Origin: Myxococcota bacterium
GTDB lineage: Bacteria; Myxococcota; JAJVIH01
Length of the DNA: 64,000 nucleotides
Assembly: GCA_022072125.1 (NCBI GenBank)
Contig: JAJVIH010000016.1
Coordinates: forward strand, 29,081 to 93,080
Direction: 5' to 3'
The translations under genes and the position numbers were made by a program. Of this stretch, positions 18,289 through 30,320 are shown piece after piece. The notes below the pieces were generated by a model that saw only the letters and a list, made by a program, of their open reading frames with translations, did no database searches and was not told the DNA's origin. Each line of letters starts with the position of its first letter. Position 1 is the first letter of the stretch.

Positions 18289-20094
18289 TTATTCCGGCGG
18301 CTTCCAGTCCGGGGCCATCATGCGCTGGAAGGCGTTGGCGACCGTGGGGGCGTAGTTGGGACCCGCCGAATTGATCTCGCCATACTGGCATTCGCGCTTG
18401 CCATAGGCGCACGGGGTCACCTGATCCCACTGGGATTTTGGAATCATATATCCCAGTTCGTCATTGGCCAGACCGAAGATCCACTGCTGGGCGGCGTTTT
18501 TGCGCATCTGGTCGCGGATGATGGGTTCGCGCGGCGAACCGGGGAAATCCACGTTGGGTTCGTTGGGGTCGGCGTACATCTCCTTGCCATTGGCGTCGCG
18601 CGACCCGATTTCGGGATAGATTTCTCCGGGGATGGTGGCGAACTGGAGGGGACCGATATCCACCGCGTTGACCTCGGTCTGGATAAAAATCTTGTATTCG
18701 GCGTCGCTGATCTTGTTGCGGTTGGTGACCAGCCGGCCATTTTCGTCATAGGCGTTGCGCGTGATCGCGCCCAACTGGGCGAAGACGCGCAGGCCCATGT
18801 TCTCCAGCGGCAGCAGGAACGAATACCGCCGGAATCCGATCGCCGCATCGGGCTGGATGGCGATGGTCCCGGTGGCGTTGCCCAATCCTTCCAGCGTTTT
18901 CTCCGCCAGCAGTTCGCCCAGGCGGTCGGCCATCTCCAGGTTGTTGTCCGTCATCATGGTCCCGTCCTTGCGGGGGATTTTGATGTTGAGGGGCGTCATC
19001 AGACCGCCGACCATTCCCTGGAAATACACGGAGGTGCTGCCTGGGAAGGCTTCTTCCATCTTGAGGCGGAACATGTGGGCGAAATCGGAGCTGATCAGGT
19101 TGTTGCCGGAACCCGCGGCTTCGGGGTGGTTGCCATACAGGGTGAAGGTGCCGAACACCTTGCCGGATTCATCCATGACCTTCACCGCGTACAGATCGTA
19201 ATCCACGAAATAGGGGATGCGGGTGTCGCGGTTCCACTCCGGCGGCGTGGGGATTTTCGCCGCGGCCATGGTCGCCGTCTTCATGTTGGCGAGGGCTTCC
19301 TCGATGGCCTCGACCGTCTTGATGCGCGACGATTCCAGGTGCAGCGGGTTGGTTCCGTTCTTGCCCACGCCCTCGCCCCAGATGCCCAGGGTGTCGGCGG
19401 CCTGGTGGGTATGGGTGCTGGCGATCATGATGTGATCCACGTCCAGCCCCTTTTCCTTGGCGAGACGGCGGATTTCAATGACCTGGTCATGCATGAAACC
19501 GACGCAATCCCAGATGCCGAGCGCAATCGTGATGTCGTTCTTTTTGAAGACCACCACGCGCGCCCACATGTCGTCATGCACGCCGGCGGCGGGTTTGCCC
19601 ATGCCGAATCCCGCCACCCACACTGGATCGAACTTGCCGTTGCCGTTGAGGTCCTCGAATTTCTCCCCCCGGTCGTATTTGCGGTTTTTATTGGCGTCTT
19701 CCCATTTCTCGATGGGCGGGGTGATGACCCGCTTGCCAAACCCCACCATCAGCTTGCCGTCGCCGGTTCCCGCGCAACCAGGGCCGCCAGGGCAGACGAT
19801 ATTGGTGGTTCCTGCAAACTGAGGAACCTTTTCCGCGTTCAGCGGGGGGCCGTCGCCGCCTGTATCTTCCGGCGCGGCGTCTGCTGTTCCCGTGTCGCTG
19901 GCGCCGCCGCCGGTATCCGGGGCGGAAACATCGGCGGGGGCGGCGCCATCCTCCGCGGGAATATCGGCGCCGGAAGCGCCGGCGTCCTGGCCGGTGCTGG
20001 CGCCGTCGCCCTTGGGCGGATCGGAAGAACAGGCGGAGATCACAAGCGCGGACGCCATGACCAGCATCCAGGACGGTTGGCGGGAGAGAATCAT
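18289..20094 (-). CDS. Neutral/alkaline ceramidase-like amidohydrolase lipoprotein
   Basis: Lipobox ISAC; GVHDDMWARVVV, IMIASTHTHQAAD, YGNHPE, ISSDF, TIPGEIYPE, GLANDELGY; DANKN/DLNGNG Ca-binding loops. Confidence 0.75.
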   Translation of the reverse strand: MILSRQPSWMLVMASALVISACSSDPPKGDGASTGQDAGASGADIPAEDGAAPADVSAPDTGGGASDTGTADAAPEDTGGDGPPLNAEKVPQFAGTTNIVCPGGPGCAGTGDGKLMVGFGKRVITPPIEKWEDANKNRKYDRGEKFEDLNGNGKFDPVWVAGFGMGKPAAGVHDDMWARVVVFKKNDITIALGIWDCVGFMHDQVIEIRRLAKEKGLDVDHIMIASTHTHQAADTLGIWGEGVGKNGTNPLHLESSRIKTVEAIEEALANMKTATMAAAKIPTPPEWNRDTRIPYFVDYDLYAVKVMDESGKVFGTFTLYGNHPEAAGSGNNLISSDFAHMFRLKMEEAFPGSTSVYFQGMVGGLMTPLNIKIPRKDGTMMTDNNLEMADRLGELLAEKTLEGLGNATGTIAIQPDAAIGFRRYSFLLPLENMGLRVFAQLGAITRNAYDENGRLVTNRNKISDAEYKIFIQTEVNAVDIGPLQFATIPGEIYPEIGSRDANGKEMYADPNEPNVDFPGSPREPIIRDQMRKNAAQQWIFGLANDELGYMIPKSQWDQVTPCAYGKRECQYGEINSAGPNYAPTVANAFQRMMAPDWKPPE

Positions 20095-20336
20095 CCGTTT
20101 TTCCTCAACGGTTGGAACAGGCAGAGTGGATTGGCGCCCCCGGACAGACCCAACTGTGTAACACAATTGTGACGTGATGGGGAAGTCCGGGGTTCACCCT
20201 GCTGGCGGAACCCGGCCAGGAACCATAAGAAATGACATGGCGGGCGGCGCCCGGCCGCCCGTGCGCGGGTGAAATATCCCGCCCGGGCCATCCGCCGGCG
20301 CGGTTGTTCATATTGGCAGGTTGCGGCGATGCGCGC

Positions 20337-21776
20337 TCACGGGCGCGTTCTCTGCAATTCCTGGCGGTGGTGCTCAAAGGACGTGAAGCGGGTGCATTCG
20401 CCATCGAACTGCAGTTCGATTTTTCCGGTGGGGCCGTTGCGCTGCTTGGCGATGATGATCTCGGCGACTCCGGTGCGTGCGTCCGGTCCCTCGCTGGCCT
20501 TCTGTTCGGCGGTCTTGTAGGCGTCCTCGCGGTAAATGAACAGCACCACGTCGGCGTCCTGCTCGATGGCGCCCGACTCGCGCAGATCGGAGAGCTGCGG
20601 TCTTTTGTTGCCGCGCTGCGCGGACTCGGTCTGGCGCGACAACTGGGACAGCGCCAGCACCGGCAGCTTGAGTTCCTTGGCGATGCCCTTCAGCGAACGG
20701 GAGATATAGGCCACCTCCTGCTCGCGGGAATGCACCTGTTTGCCCGCCGTCATCAGTTGCAGGTAATCCACGATGACCAGGCCCAGCTTGCCGCCGTAAT
20801 CCGCCTGCAGCCTGCGCAAACGCGCCCGCAGCTCCAGCACCGAAAGGGCCGCCGAGTCGTCAATATGCACCGGCAGGCGGGCGATTCCGCCCATCACCCG
20901 GATGAGGTCCTGCCATTCATCCTGCTGGATGGTTTTCGGACGCCGGAATTTCATCATGTTCATTCTGGATTCCGACGACAGGATGCGCAGCATCAACTCG
21001 CGGGCGCTCATTTCCAGGCTGAAGATGGCGATCGGATGACCCTGCTGGGCGGCGTGGGCGGCGATATTCAGGGCGAACGAGGTTTTTCCCATGCCGGGCC
21101 GCGCGGCGATGATGACCAGATTGCCTTCCTGAAATCCGCTGGTCCGGATATCCAGATCGGGAAAGCCGGAAGCCACGCCGGAGACATCCTGCGGGTCCTT
21201 ATCCGCTTTCTGGTTCAGGTCGTTCATGGTTTTTTCGAGCAGGCCATCCATTTTCTGGAACGGGCTGCTGACCTTGTTGACCGCGACCTCGAAAACCTTC
21301 GCCTGCGCCTTGTCGAGAATCTCGTCCACGCCGTCCGCACCGGAATAGGCGTCGGTCTGGATGTCGTTGGTGACGGTGATGAGCGTGCGCAGCAGCGCCA
21401 TCTCGCGGACAATGCGCGCGTAGTACAGGATGTTGGCGGCGGTGGGGGTCGAACTCTCCAGCTCGGCCAGATGGCCGTAGCCGCCGATCTGGTTGAGCAG
21501 GTCGCGCGCCTTCAGCAGGTTGGCGACGCTGACGATGTCCACCGGCTCGCGTTTGTCGCGCAGATCGAGCATGACCTGGAAGATGTCGCCGTGGCCTTTC
21601 CGGTAAAAATCCGCCGGCTTGACCGTTTCGGACGCCTTGTCGAGGGCGTCGTTGTCGAGCAGGCAGCCGCCCAGCAGCGCGCGCTCGGCCTCGTAATTGT
21701 GCGGCTGCATGCGCGCCACCTGCGCGGCGGCGGGAACACTGGTCTGGACGGCGGTTCTGGAGTCCCGGCGGTTCAT
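20337..21776 (-). CDS. dnaB: Replicative DNA helicase DnaB
   Basis: PHNYEAERALLG, AARPGMGKTSF, FSLEM, VDYLQL, LSQLSR, RPQLSDLRESGAIEQDAD, AKQRNGP; start uncertain; no intein. Confidence 0.96.
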   Translation of the reverse strand: MNRRDSRTAVQTSVPAAAQVARMQPHNYEAERALLGGCLLDNDALDKASETVKPADFYRKGHGDIFQVMLDLRDKREPVDIVSVANLLKARDLLNQIGGYGHLAELESSTPTAANILYYARIVREMALLRTLITVTNDIQTDAYSGADGVDEILDKAQAKVFEVAVNKVSSPFQKMDGLLEKTMNDLNQKADKDPQDVSGVASGFPDLDIRTSGFQEGNLVIIAARPGMGKTSFALNIAAHAAQQGHPIAIFSLEMSARELMLRILSSESRMNMMKFRRPKTIQQDEWQDLIRVMGGIARLPVHIDDSAALSVLELRARLRRLQADYGGKLGLVIVDYLQLMTAGKQVHSREQEVAYISRSLKGIAKELKLPVLALSQLSRQTESAQRGNKRPQLSDLRESGAIEQDADVVLFIYREDAYKTAEQKASEGPDARTGVAEIIIAKQRNGPTGKIELQFDGECTRFTSFEHHRQELQRTRP

Positions 21777-22226
21777 CGGACTTGTCAGATCACCAAACCA
21801 TCCGCCGGGAGTCAAGCGGGTGAATCGCGATCATCATGCGGTAACCATGTTCCCATCCATGGACGGAAAAATTCTGGTTTTCCCGATCACGAATGAGGCG
21901 GGAAACATGAAGCGGCGTGATGCCGAAGCGTTGCGGGTTTCCATCGCCGGAGAAATGGCGGCAAGGAAGTCATGGACTGAAAACTCCCGGGCTTCCGCAG
22001 CGGGGGATTACACATGGGCGCAGGCCGCGCGCGCCATCGCGGCTTGCGGAGACGCCCTGCCCGCCACGCGCATCGCGGAAGCGGACATTCAACCGGTTCC
22101 GCCCGGTCCTGAATGAATCCTTTCCAGCCGCTGGATGAATGGCGTTGCCACCGGCGTCATTGTGGAATTATAGTCCTGTCATCTCACGCCACGCGGCCTG
22201 GGAAGGGGATACAGCAAGAGGGGCCT

Positions 22227-23801
22227 ATGCGTTCCAGCAAAAGATTGGGATGGGCTCTGCCCGTCGCCTTGGCAGTGTGTCTCGGATTGGCGCAGTTGGG
22301 CGCTTCCGTGGGCTGGGCGGATTCATCCGGAGGCGGCGCTCCCGCGACCGGGACCGTGGCGGCGGTCGGCGCGGACCACGGCGGCGGGCACGGCGATGAC
22401 GGTGGGGGAGGCGGGCACGCGGATCCGGTCGCCTCGGTCATTCTGGGCGTGCTGATCATCCTGATTGTCGCCAAGGTGGGCGGCGATATCGCCGAACGGC
22501 TGAAACAGCCTTCGGTACTCGGCGAGTTGATCGGCGGCATGGTCGCGGGCAACGCCTTCTTCTGGGTCGGCAACGAGTTTTTCACGGTGCTGCGGGAGGG
22601 CAGCACCATCGAGGCCATCAAGCACGAAATCTTCGCCGGCAAGGCCCACGACTGGTTCACCGCCGCCAAAAATATATTGCCGGAGTCGGCCTTCGCGGGG
22701 GAGGGCGTCAGTCACGGCCTGCACCTCGCGCAAATCCTGTCGAGCGCCCACGGCGCGGATATCGCCAACTCAGTCGCCGCGATTGATATCTTGGCGCGCA
22801 TCGGCGTCATCGTGCTGCTGTTCATGGTGGGGCTGGAATCGAGCGTCCGCGACATGATGAAAGTCGGCGTCACCGCGTTTGCCGTGGCGATCGCCGGCGT
22901 CGTCGCCCCCATGATTCTTGGATATATCGCGACCGCCATGCTGATGCCGGAATCCTCGGTCAACACCCGGCTGTTCATTGGCGGCACGCTGTGCGCCACC
23001 TCGGTTGGCATCACCGCGCGGGTGTTCAAGGACCTGGGCAAGCTACAGGTGCAGGCCGCCAAGATTATCCTGGGCGCCGCGGTGATTGACGACGTGCTGG
23101 GCCTGATTGTGCTGGCCATCATCATGGGCATCATCCAGTCCGGCGGACATATTGACCCAGTCGAGGTGACGTGGATTTCCGCCAAGTCGCTGGGGTTTGT
23201 CGCGGCGTCCATCGCCATTGGCATGTACGTGTCGCCGTTCCTGATCAAGGCGGTGTCCAGGTTGCGCGTGCATGGGGTGAAACAGGCGTTCGCCCTGGTG
23301 TTCTGCTTTGTTCTCGCCTGGGCGGCCAACGCGATTGGCCTGGCCGCCATTGTCGGCGCCTTCGCCGCCGGCCTGGTGCTGGAAGAGCTGATGTTCAAGG
23401 ATTTTCATGGCCACGAGGCGACCCTGCTGGAGAGTTTCGAGCCGATCGCGGCGTTTCTGGTGCCGATCTTTTTTGTGCTCATGGGCATTCAGGTCAAGCT
23501 GGAAGCCTTCGCCGACCCCAAGGTGCTGATGGTGGGGCTGATCATCACCCTGGCCGCCATCGCCGGCAAACAGGTCTGCGGCGCCGTGGTCAAGAAGGGG
23601 ATGGACCGGCTGACCATCGGCATTGGCATGGTGCCCCGCGGGGAAGTCGGCCTGATCATGGCGGCCATCGGAAAAAACATCGGCGTGCTCAACGACGCCA
23701 TGTTTTCCGCCATGGTCATCATGGTCATTGGCACCACCCTGATCACGCCCCCCCTGCTCAAATTCTCGCTCGCCCGGTGGGACAAAAAGCAGCCCGCGTG
23801 A
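22227..23801 (+). CDS. Cation:proton antiporter (CPA2 family)
   Basis: QPSVLGELIGG, LFMVGLE, ATSVGIT, GAAVIDDVLG, GMVPRGEVGL; many TM helices; His/Gly-rich N-terminal extension. Confidence 0.9.
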   Translation: MRSSKRLGWALPVALAVCLGLAQLGASVGWADSSGGGAPATGTVAAVGADHGGGHGDDGGGGGHADPVASVILGVLIILIVAKVGGDIAERLKQPSVLGELIGGMVAGNAFFWVGNEFFTVLREGSTIEAIKHEIFAGKAHDWFTAAKNILPESAFAGEGVSHGLHLAQILSSAHGADIANSVAAIDILARIGVIVLLFMVGLESSVRDMMKVGVTAFAVAIAGVVAPMILGYIATAMLMPESSVNTRLFIGGTLCATSVGITARVFKDLGKLQVQAAKIILGAAVIDDVLGLIVLAIIMGIIQSGGHIDPVEVTWISAKSLGFVAASIAIGMYVSPFLIKAVSRLRVHGVKQAFALVFCFVLAWAANAIGLAAIVGAFAAGLVLEELMFKDFHGHEATLLESFEPIAAFLVPIFFVLMGIQVKLEAFADPKVLMVGLIITLAAIAGKQVCGAVVKKGMDRLTIGIGMVPRGEVGLIMAAIGKNIGVLNDAMFSAMVIMVIGTTLITPPLLKFSLARWDKKQPA

Positions 23802-24496
23802 AGTTCCCGTCTCCGCTGATTCGCGGCGTCCTGATCCAGCGCTACAAGCGTTTTCTCGCCGATGTCCGGCTCGACGCGGGCGAGGTGGTCACCGCGCATA
23901 CGGCCAATTCCGGGTCCATGAAGGGGCTGACCGCGCCAGGCAATATGGTCTGGCTGAGTCATCACGACAATCCCGCGCGCAAGCTCAAATACGGATGGGA
24001 GCTGGTGCGGGCGGGGCCGGTCCTGGTGGGGATCAACACCGCGTTGCCCAACCTGCTGGTGGAAGAGGCGCTCGCCGCGGACCGCATTCCGGCGCTGGCC
24101 GGCTACGCCAGCCGCCGGCGGGAGGTGAAGTACGGCGTCAATTCCCGCGTGGACCTGCTGCTGGAGGATGCGCGGCGTCCGCCCTGCTATGTCGAGGTCA
24201 AGAACGTGACCCTGGTGGAGCACGGCAAGGCGCTGTTTCCCGATGCGGTCAGCGAACGCGGGCGCAAGCACCTGGAAGAACTGGGCGGAATGGTCCGGCA
24301 GGGCGCCCGCGCGGTGCTGTTTTACGTGGTGCAGCGGGACGACGCGCCGGTGGTGGCGCCGGCGGCCGCGATTGATCCCGCCTATGCGGAAAGCCTGCGC
24401 CGCGCCGCCCGGCAGGGCGTGGAGGTGATGGCCTGGCGGGCGCGCGTGACGCTGGAATCCATCGAACTGGAGACGCCGCTGGCGGTGGAGACCTGA
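23798..24496 (+). CDS. sfsA: DNA/RNA nuclease SfsA
   Basis: GTG start; RYKRFLADV, HTANSGSM, EVKYG..SRVDLLL, YVEVKNVT, FPDAVSERGRKHL. Confidence 0.94.
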   Translation: MKFPSPLIRGVLIQRYKRFLADVRLDAGEVVTAHTANSGSMKGLTAPGNMVWLSHHDNPARKLKYGWELVRAGPVLVGINTALPNLLVEEALAADRIPALAGYASRRREVKYGVNSRVDLLLEDARRPPCYVEVKNVTLVEHGKALFPDAVSERGRKHLEELGGMVRQGARAVLFYVVQRDDAPVVAPAAAIDPAYAESLRRAARQGVEVMAWRARVTLESIELETPLAVET

Positions 24497-24675
24497 GGGG
24501 GGCATCCGGAATGGCTCGCGGGCGGTTCCCGGGAACCGCCGGACTCACGCGGGATAGAGGAAATCCGCCGGTCCATCTTCCAGCCGCGGGCGGCGGCGTG
24601 ACCTGGAGGGACGCCGCGGCGGTCCGGATGGCCGTTTCACGGTGTTGAATGGACTGCTCGCGCGCAGGGGTGCGT

Positions 24676-24704
24676 TTGACACCCCCCGACCCCAAAACTA
24701 TATT
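24676..24704 (+). promoter_or_regulatory. Sigma70 promoter of icd-mdh
   Basis: TTGACA-17 nt-TATATT, near consensus. Confidence 0.7.
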
Positions 24705-24789
24705 GCCCGCACTGAATTTCAGGCAGGATTCCGTGGTTTCGCCTGAACATCCCGGCTCTGGTCCGGGATTTTCTTTCCTGGAGTGTTCC

Positions 24790-27010
<2,221 letters not shown>

Positions 27011-27041
27011 TCGCCGGTTCGCTAACCAGCAATCGCGCATG

Positions 27042-27077
27042 CACATGGGCCGCCCTTTGGCGGCCCATGTGTTTTTT
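27042..27077 (+). terminator. Intrinsic terminator after mdh
   Basis: CACATGGGCCGCC/GGCGGCCCATGTG stem followed by T6. Confidence 0.85.
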
Positions 27078-27160
27078 GGAGAGCCGCTTTTCCCGGGCCG
27101 CGCGGGTTCGCCTGGGGAATGATGTTCCGCGTCCGGCCGTATTTTCCCGCCGCCGCGCTC

Positions 27161-28101
27161 TCAGCCCGCGCGGACGCCTTCCGCGCCCAGCGCGATCGCC
27201 CACGCCTGCCAGTTGCGCTGGGCGCAATCGTGCAGGAACGCGGCGCGGTCCGGCTCTTCCTCGAAGGCGGCGAGCAGGCAGTCTCCGCCGCCGGCGCCGG
27301 TGGGCCGTGCGATTCCCTGATGCCGCGCCGCCAGCTCCAGCACCGGATCGTAGGCGTCAATCCAGGCTTCCTTCAGGCAGGCGCGCAGAAACTCCGTGTA
27401 TCGCTCGGCCCATACCCACATGGCGAGCACGGGGGTGAATTTCCACGATGTGCTGACCAGGTGCGCGGCGTCGCGCAACTCCTCCAGCCCGCGCCGGAAG
27501 TCATCCGCCGGGTGGTCCTGCCGCTGGCGGAACAACGACACCAGATGCCGTGTGGGTTGCGACACGCCCGAATAGATCAGCGCGAGGAAGATGTCGTCAT
27601 CGGGCAAACCGGCCTCCGTGACATGGGGCTCGCCATCCCGCACCACCACCTTCCGCACGCCGCCCAGCAGCGCGGCCGCCAGATCGGCCCCGGAACCGGG
27701 CTCCAGCTCCGGGCGCCGCATCAGCGCGCGCAGTTCCGCCAGCGATTCCGGGCGCGCCGGAGCGGGGATCATCTCCAGCACGGCGGCGAGGGCGGCCGGC
27801 TCGGCGGCGCTGGAGCCCAGCCCGAGTTTGCGGCCGTCCCGGGCGTATAGATCCGAGCTGTCGAGCACGATGCGCCCGGCGGGAACGCCGCGTTCCAGCG
27901 CCCGGGCGAACACCGCATGGCTTTCTCCTTCGTGGATGGGGGTCTCCGCGCCGTGAACGCGCCGCAGCAGGGTGGGCGACCTTCCGCCGCTTCGGCGAGC
28001 ACGCGCATGGGCGCGGCGGCCGCCAGGGCGGGGGAGCCGGTCAGTACAGCGTATTCGCCGGTCAACATGATCTTTCCGGGAGCAGACGCCTGGGTTTTCA
28101 T
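27161..28101 (-). pseudogene. Phosphomevalonate kinase (GHMP family), frameshifted
   Basis: The N-terminus SAPGKIMLTGEYAVL (start 28101) is in a different frame from KLGLGSSAA, GSGADLAA and PTGAGGGD; shift near 27970-27990. May be a sequencing indel. Confidence 0.7.
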
Positions 28102-29060
28102 CCGGTCACCTCCACGCCGCCGGCGGCCGCGCTGACAATCACGCGCTCCAGGCCGGGGATGGCCAACAGGGTTTCGCGCACGCGCGCCGCATGCTGGGGC
28201 GGATGCATCAACACGGGATGCGGCCCGGCGTCGCAGGTGAACCACGCCATCACGCCCTGGCGCCGCAATTCCACGGCGGCGCGCCAGGCGGCCAGCGTCG
28301 CAGGCAGAAAATACACCAGCGGCGGCCGGGCGGCGAAGCCGTCCGCATGCATCGCCAGGGCGTTGGCCTCAATCAGCGCGCCCGCGCCATCCACATCGCC
28401 GGAAAGCACGAGCCGCTCCAGGGTCTCCGCATCCTCCCGCGCGCGCCGGATCCACGCATCATGAAAGGAGGAGGTCTCCGCGCACGCCGCCATGCCGTCG
28501 CGCGAGGAGATGTCCTTGGGGCCGGTCTTCGCCACGCCAATGCTCCACACCCAGGGCAGGGCTTCCGGCGGTGCGATGCTGACAGCGTAAGGTTCGTCCA
28601 CGTCCGGAATCAGCCGGGTCACGCCGCCGGGAATGGCGCGGGCCGCCGAGCCGCTGCCCTTGCGGGCCAGGGCGGACAGCGCCCGTTCATCCAGGCGCAA
28701 ATCCGCCGCGTGCGCCGCGGCGGCGGCCAGCGCCGCGAAACCGGATGAAGACGAGGCCAGTCCCGCCGCCGTGGGAAAATCGTTGCGGCTTTCGATGCGG
28801 AAATGAAGCGGCTTGCCCGCCAGTTCGCGCACCAGGTCGAGAAAGGCGCCCGCCCGCGCAGCGGCTTTTGGCGAGTTTTCCCCATCGAGGCGTATCTCGT
28901 CCCGATCTCCGTCAATCACGCTGGCGGTGGTGATGGTGCGCAGGGCCTTGAGATTCACTCCCACGCTGCCGGCGGCGGGCAGGTTTCCCGCGCCGGGACG
29001 TTTGCCCCAGTATTTGGCCAGCCCCAGGTTGGCGTACGCGATGGCGGTGGCGCGGCTCAT
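28098..29060 (-). CDS. mvaD: Diphosphomevalonate decarboxylase
   Basis: ANLGLAKYWGKR, NDFPTAAGLASSSSGFAAL, GSGSAARA, KDISSRDGM, TCDAGPH. Confidence 0.93.
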   Translation of the reverse strand: MSRATAIAYANLGLAKYWGKRPGAGNLPAAGSVGVNLKALRTITTASVIDGDRDEIRLDGENSPKAAARAGAFLDLVRELAGKPLHFRIESRNDFPTAAGLASSSSGFAALAAAAAHAADLRLDERALSALARKGSGSAARAIPGGVTRLIPDVDEPYAVSIAPPEALPWVWSIGVAKTGPKDISSRDGMAACAETSSFHDAWIRRAREDAETLERLVLSGDVDGAGALIEANALAMHADGFAARPPLVYFLPATLAAWRAAVELRRQGVMAWFTCDAGPHPVLMHPPQHAARVRETLLAIPGLERVIVSAAAGGVEVTG

Positions 29061-29980
29061 GGCGTTTTCCACGGTTCCCGGGCGCCCAGCAGGGTCATCT
29101 CCCGGAAGTTGAAGGTGATGCGCAACAGGAAGCGGAAACCTTCCCGCTCCGTCAGTTCCAGGGCGCTGATGGGAACCTGCGCGCCCATGCCCAGCTCCCA
29201 CGCGCCGCCGCTGGCGAAGGTGACGGCGGGGCAAATGAACATGCCCCACTGCTTGCGTCCCGAGTCATAACTGGCGTTGACCTCCAGCAGGGGCGCGATC
29301 TGTTCGTACTGGAACAGGTAGGTCAGGGCGGCGTTGCCAATCCATATCCAGTCTGGACGGCGATCCGCCTCGCCGCCCGCCGCCAGCCAGACTCCGCTCT
29401 CCACCTGCGGGAAAAACCGGGCGGAACGCACGGGGACCATCGCCGCGACATAGGGACGGATGAAGGAATGGCGCGCGGCGCGGGCCGCGGCGGCGGCGTC
29501 CAGCCCCAGGTTCAGGCGCATCCAGACATCCGCGCCGAGGCCCAGCACGAATGGCGCGCGGGCGGGATCGCCGAAAGGCGTCAGCTTTCCGCCGAAGCGC
29601 AGGTAATCCACGCGGAAGTCGTTGGGCGTGCTGTCGGGATTGATGCGCAGCGGCAGGACGAAACCCAGTTCGCCGTAATGGAACAGGTTCCAGTTGACGC
29701 TGGGAAATTCGACATCAAACCCCACCTCCGGCGACGGACGAGGTTGTTCGAAAGGGCGGTTGATGACGCGAAGCTGCAGGTTGAAATCGGAGTCGGCCCA
29801 CGCGCGCCGGGTGAACATGGGCGTGATGGCGTGAAAGACGGTTTTGCCGTTCTCGACCGTGGCGACATGGGCGCGCGCGGCGAAGGGGGCGCAAACCAGG
29901 ACGAGCGCCAGCAAAATCCATGTTGAACCAGGCGGCTTCACGGCGCGCGGGACTCTACGGGAGCCCCTCGCTTTGCTCAA
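29057..29980 (-). CDS. Hypothetical exported protein, possible outer-membrane beta-barrel
   Basis: Signal peptide ending AARA; alternating amphipathic strands (WELGMGAQVP, FRFLLRITFNF); coupled to mvaD; start uncertain. Confidence 0.6.
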   Translation of the reverse strand: MSKARGSRRVPRAVKPPGSTWILLALVLVCAPFAARAHVATVENGKTVFHAITPMFTRRAWADSDFNLQLRVINRPFEQPRPSPEVGFDVEFPSVNWNLFHYGELGFVLPLRINPDSTPNDFRVDYLRFGGKLTPFGDPARAPFVLGLGADVWMRLNLGLDAAAAARAARHSFIRPYVAAMVPVRSARFFPQVESGVWLAAGGEADRRPDWIWIGNAALTYLFQYEQIAPLLEVNASYDSGRKQWGMFICPAVTFASGGAWELGMGAQVPISALELTEREGFRFLLRITFNFREMTLLGAREPWKTP

Positions 29981-30320
29981 CCTCCGGCCGGGTCTTCGTC
30001 AGGGGGCCGCAACACCTGATGCAATTCAGGCGGCGCATTCCAGGCGCGGCCGCCCCTGTCACCCGGAATGATGGAGAAAAGGCGGCGCGTTTCCGTTGTG
30101 CGGACTCGCAAGATCCATTGAAGACACGGGCGGAACATCACGCTGACAACCGGTCAATGGCATGTGGGAGAAACGCCGATTCCGGATGACCGCGGGCGGC
30201 CTCCGCCCAGGCCGCCATTCGCGCGAAGCTCGAACCCGATGAACGGCCGATGCCGATCCTGTTGGCGTTTCTCCTGGCCGGCGCCGGGGCGCCGCACGGA
30301 TGTGTGTTCTTCCGGGAGGG

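Noticed and set aside
14179-20172. Long + strand ORFs 14179..16410 and 17668..20172
   Set aside because: Antisense shadows of motif-bearing minus-strand genes, expected at high GC.
20337-21776. Intein in DnaB
   Set aside because: Normal length with uninterrupted ARPGMGKT and ESGAIEQD motifs.
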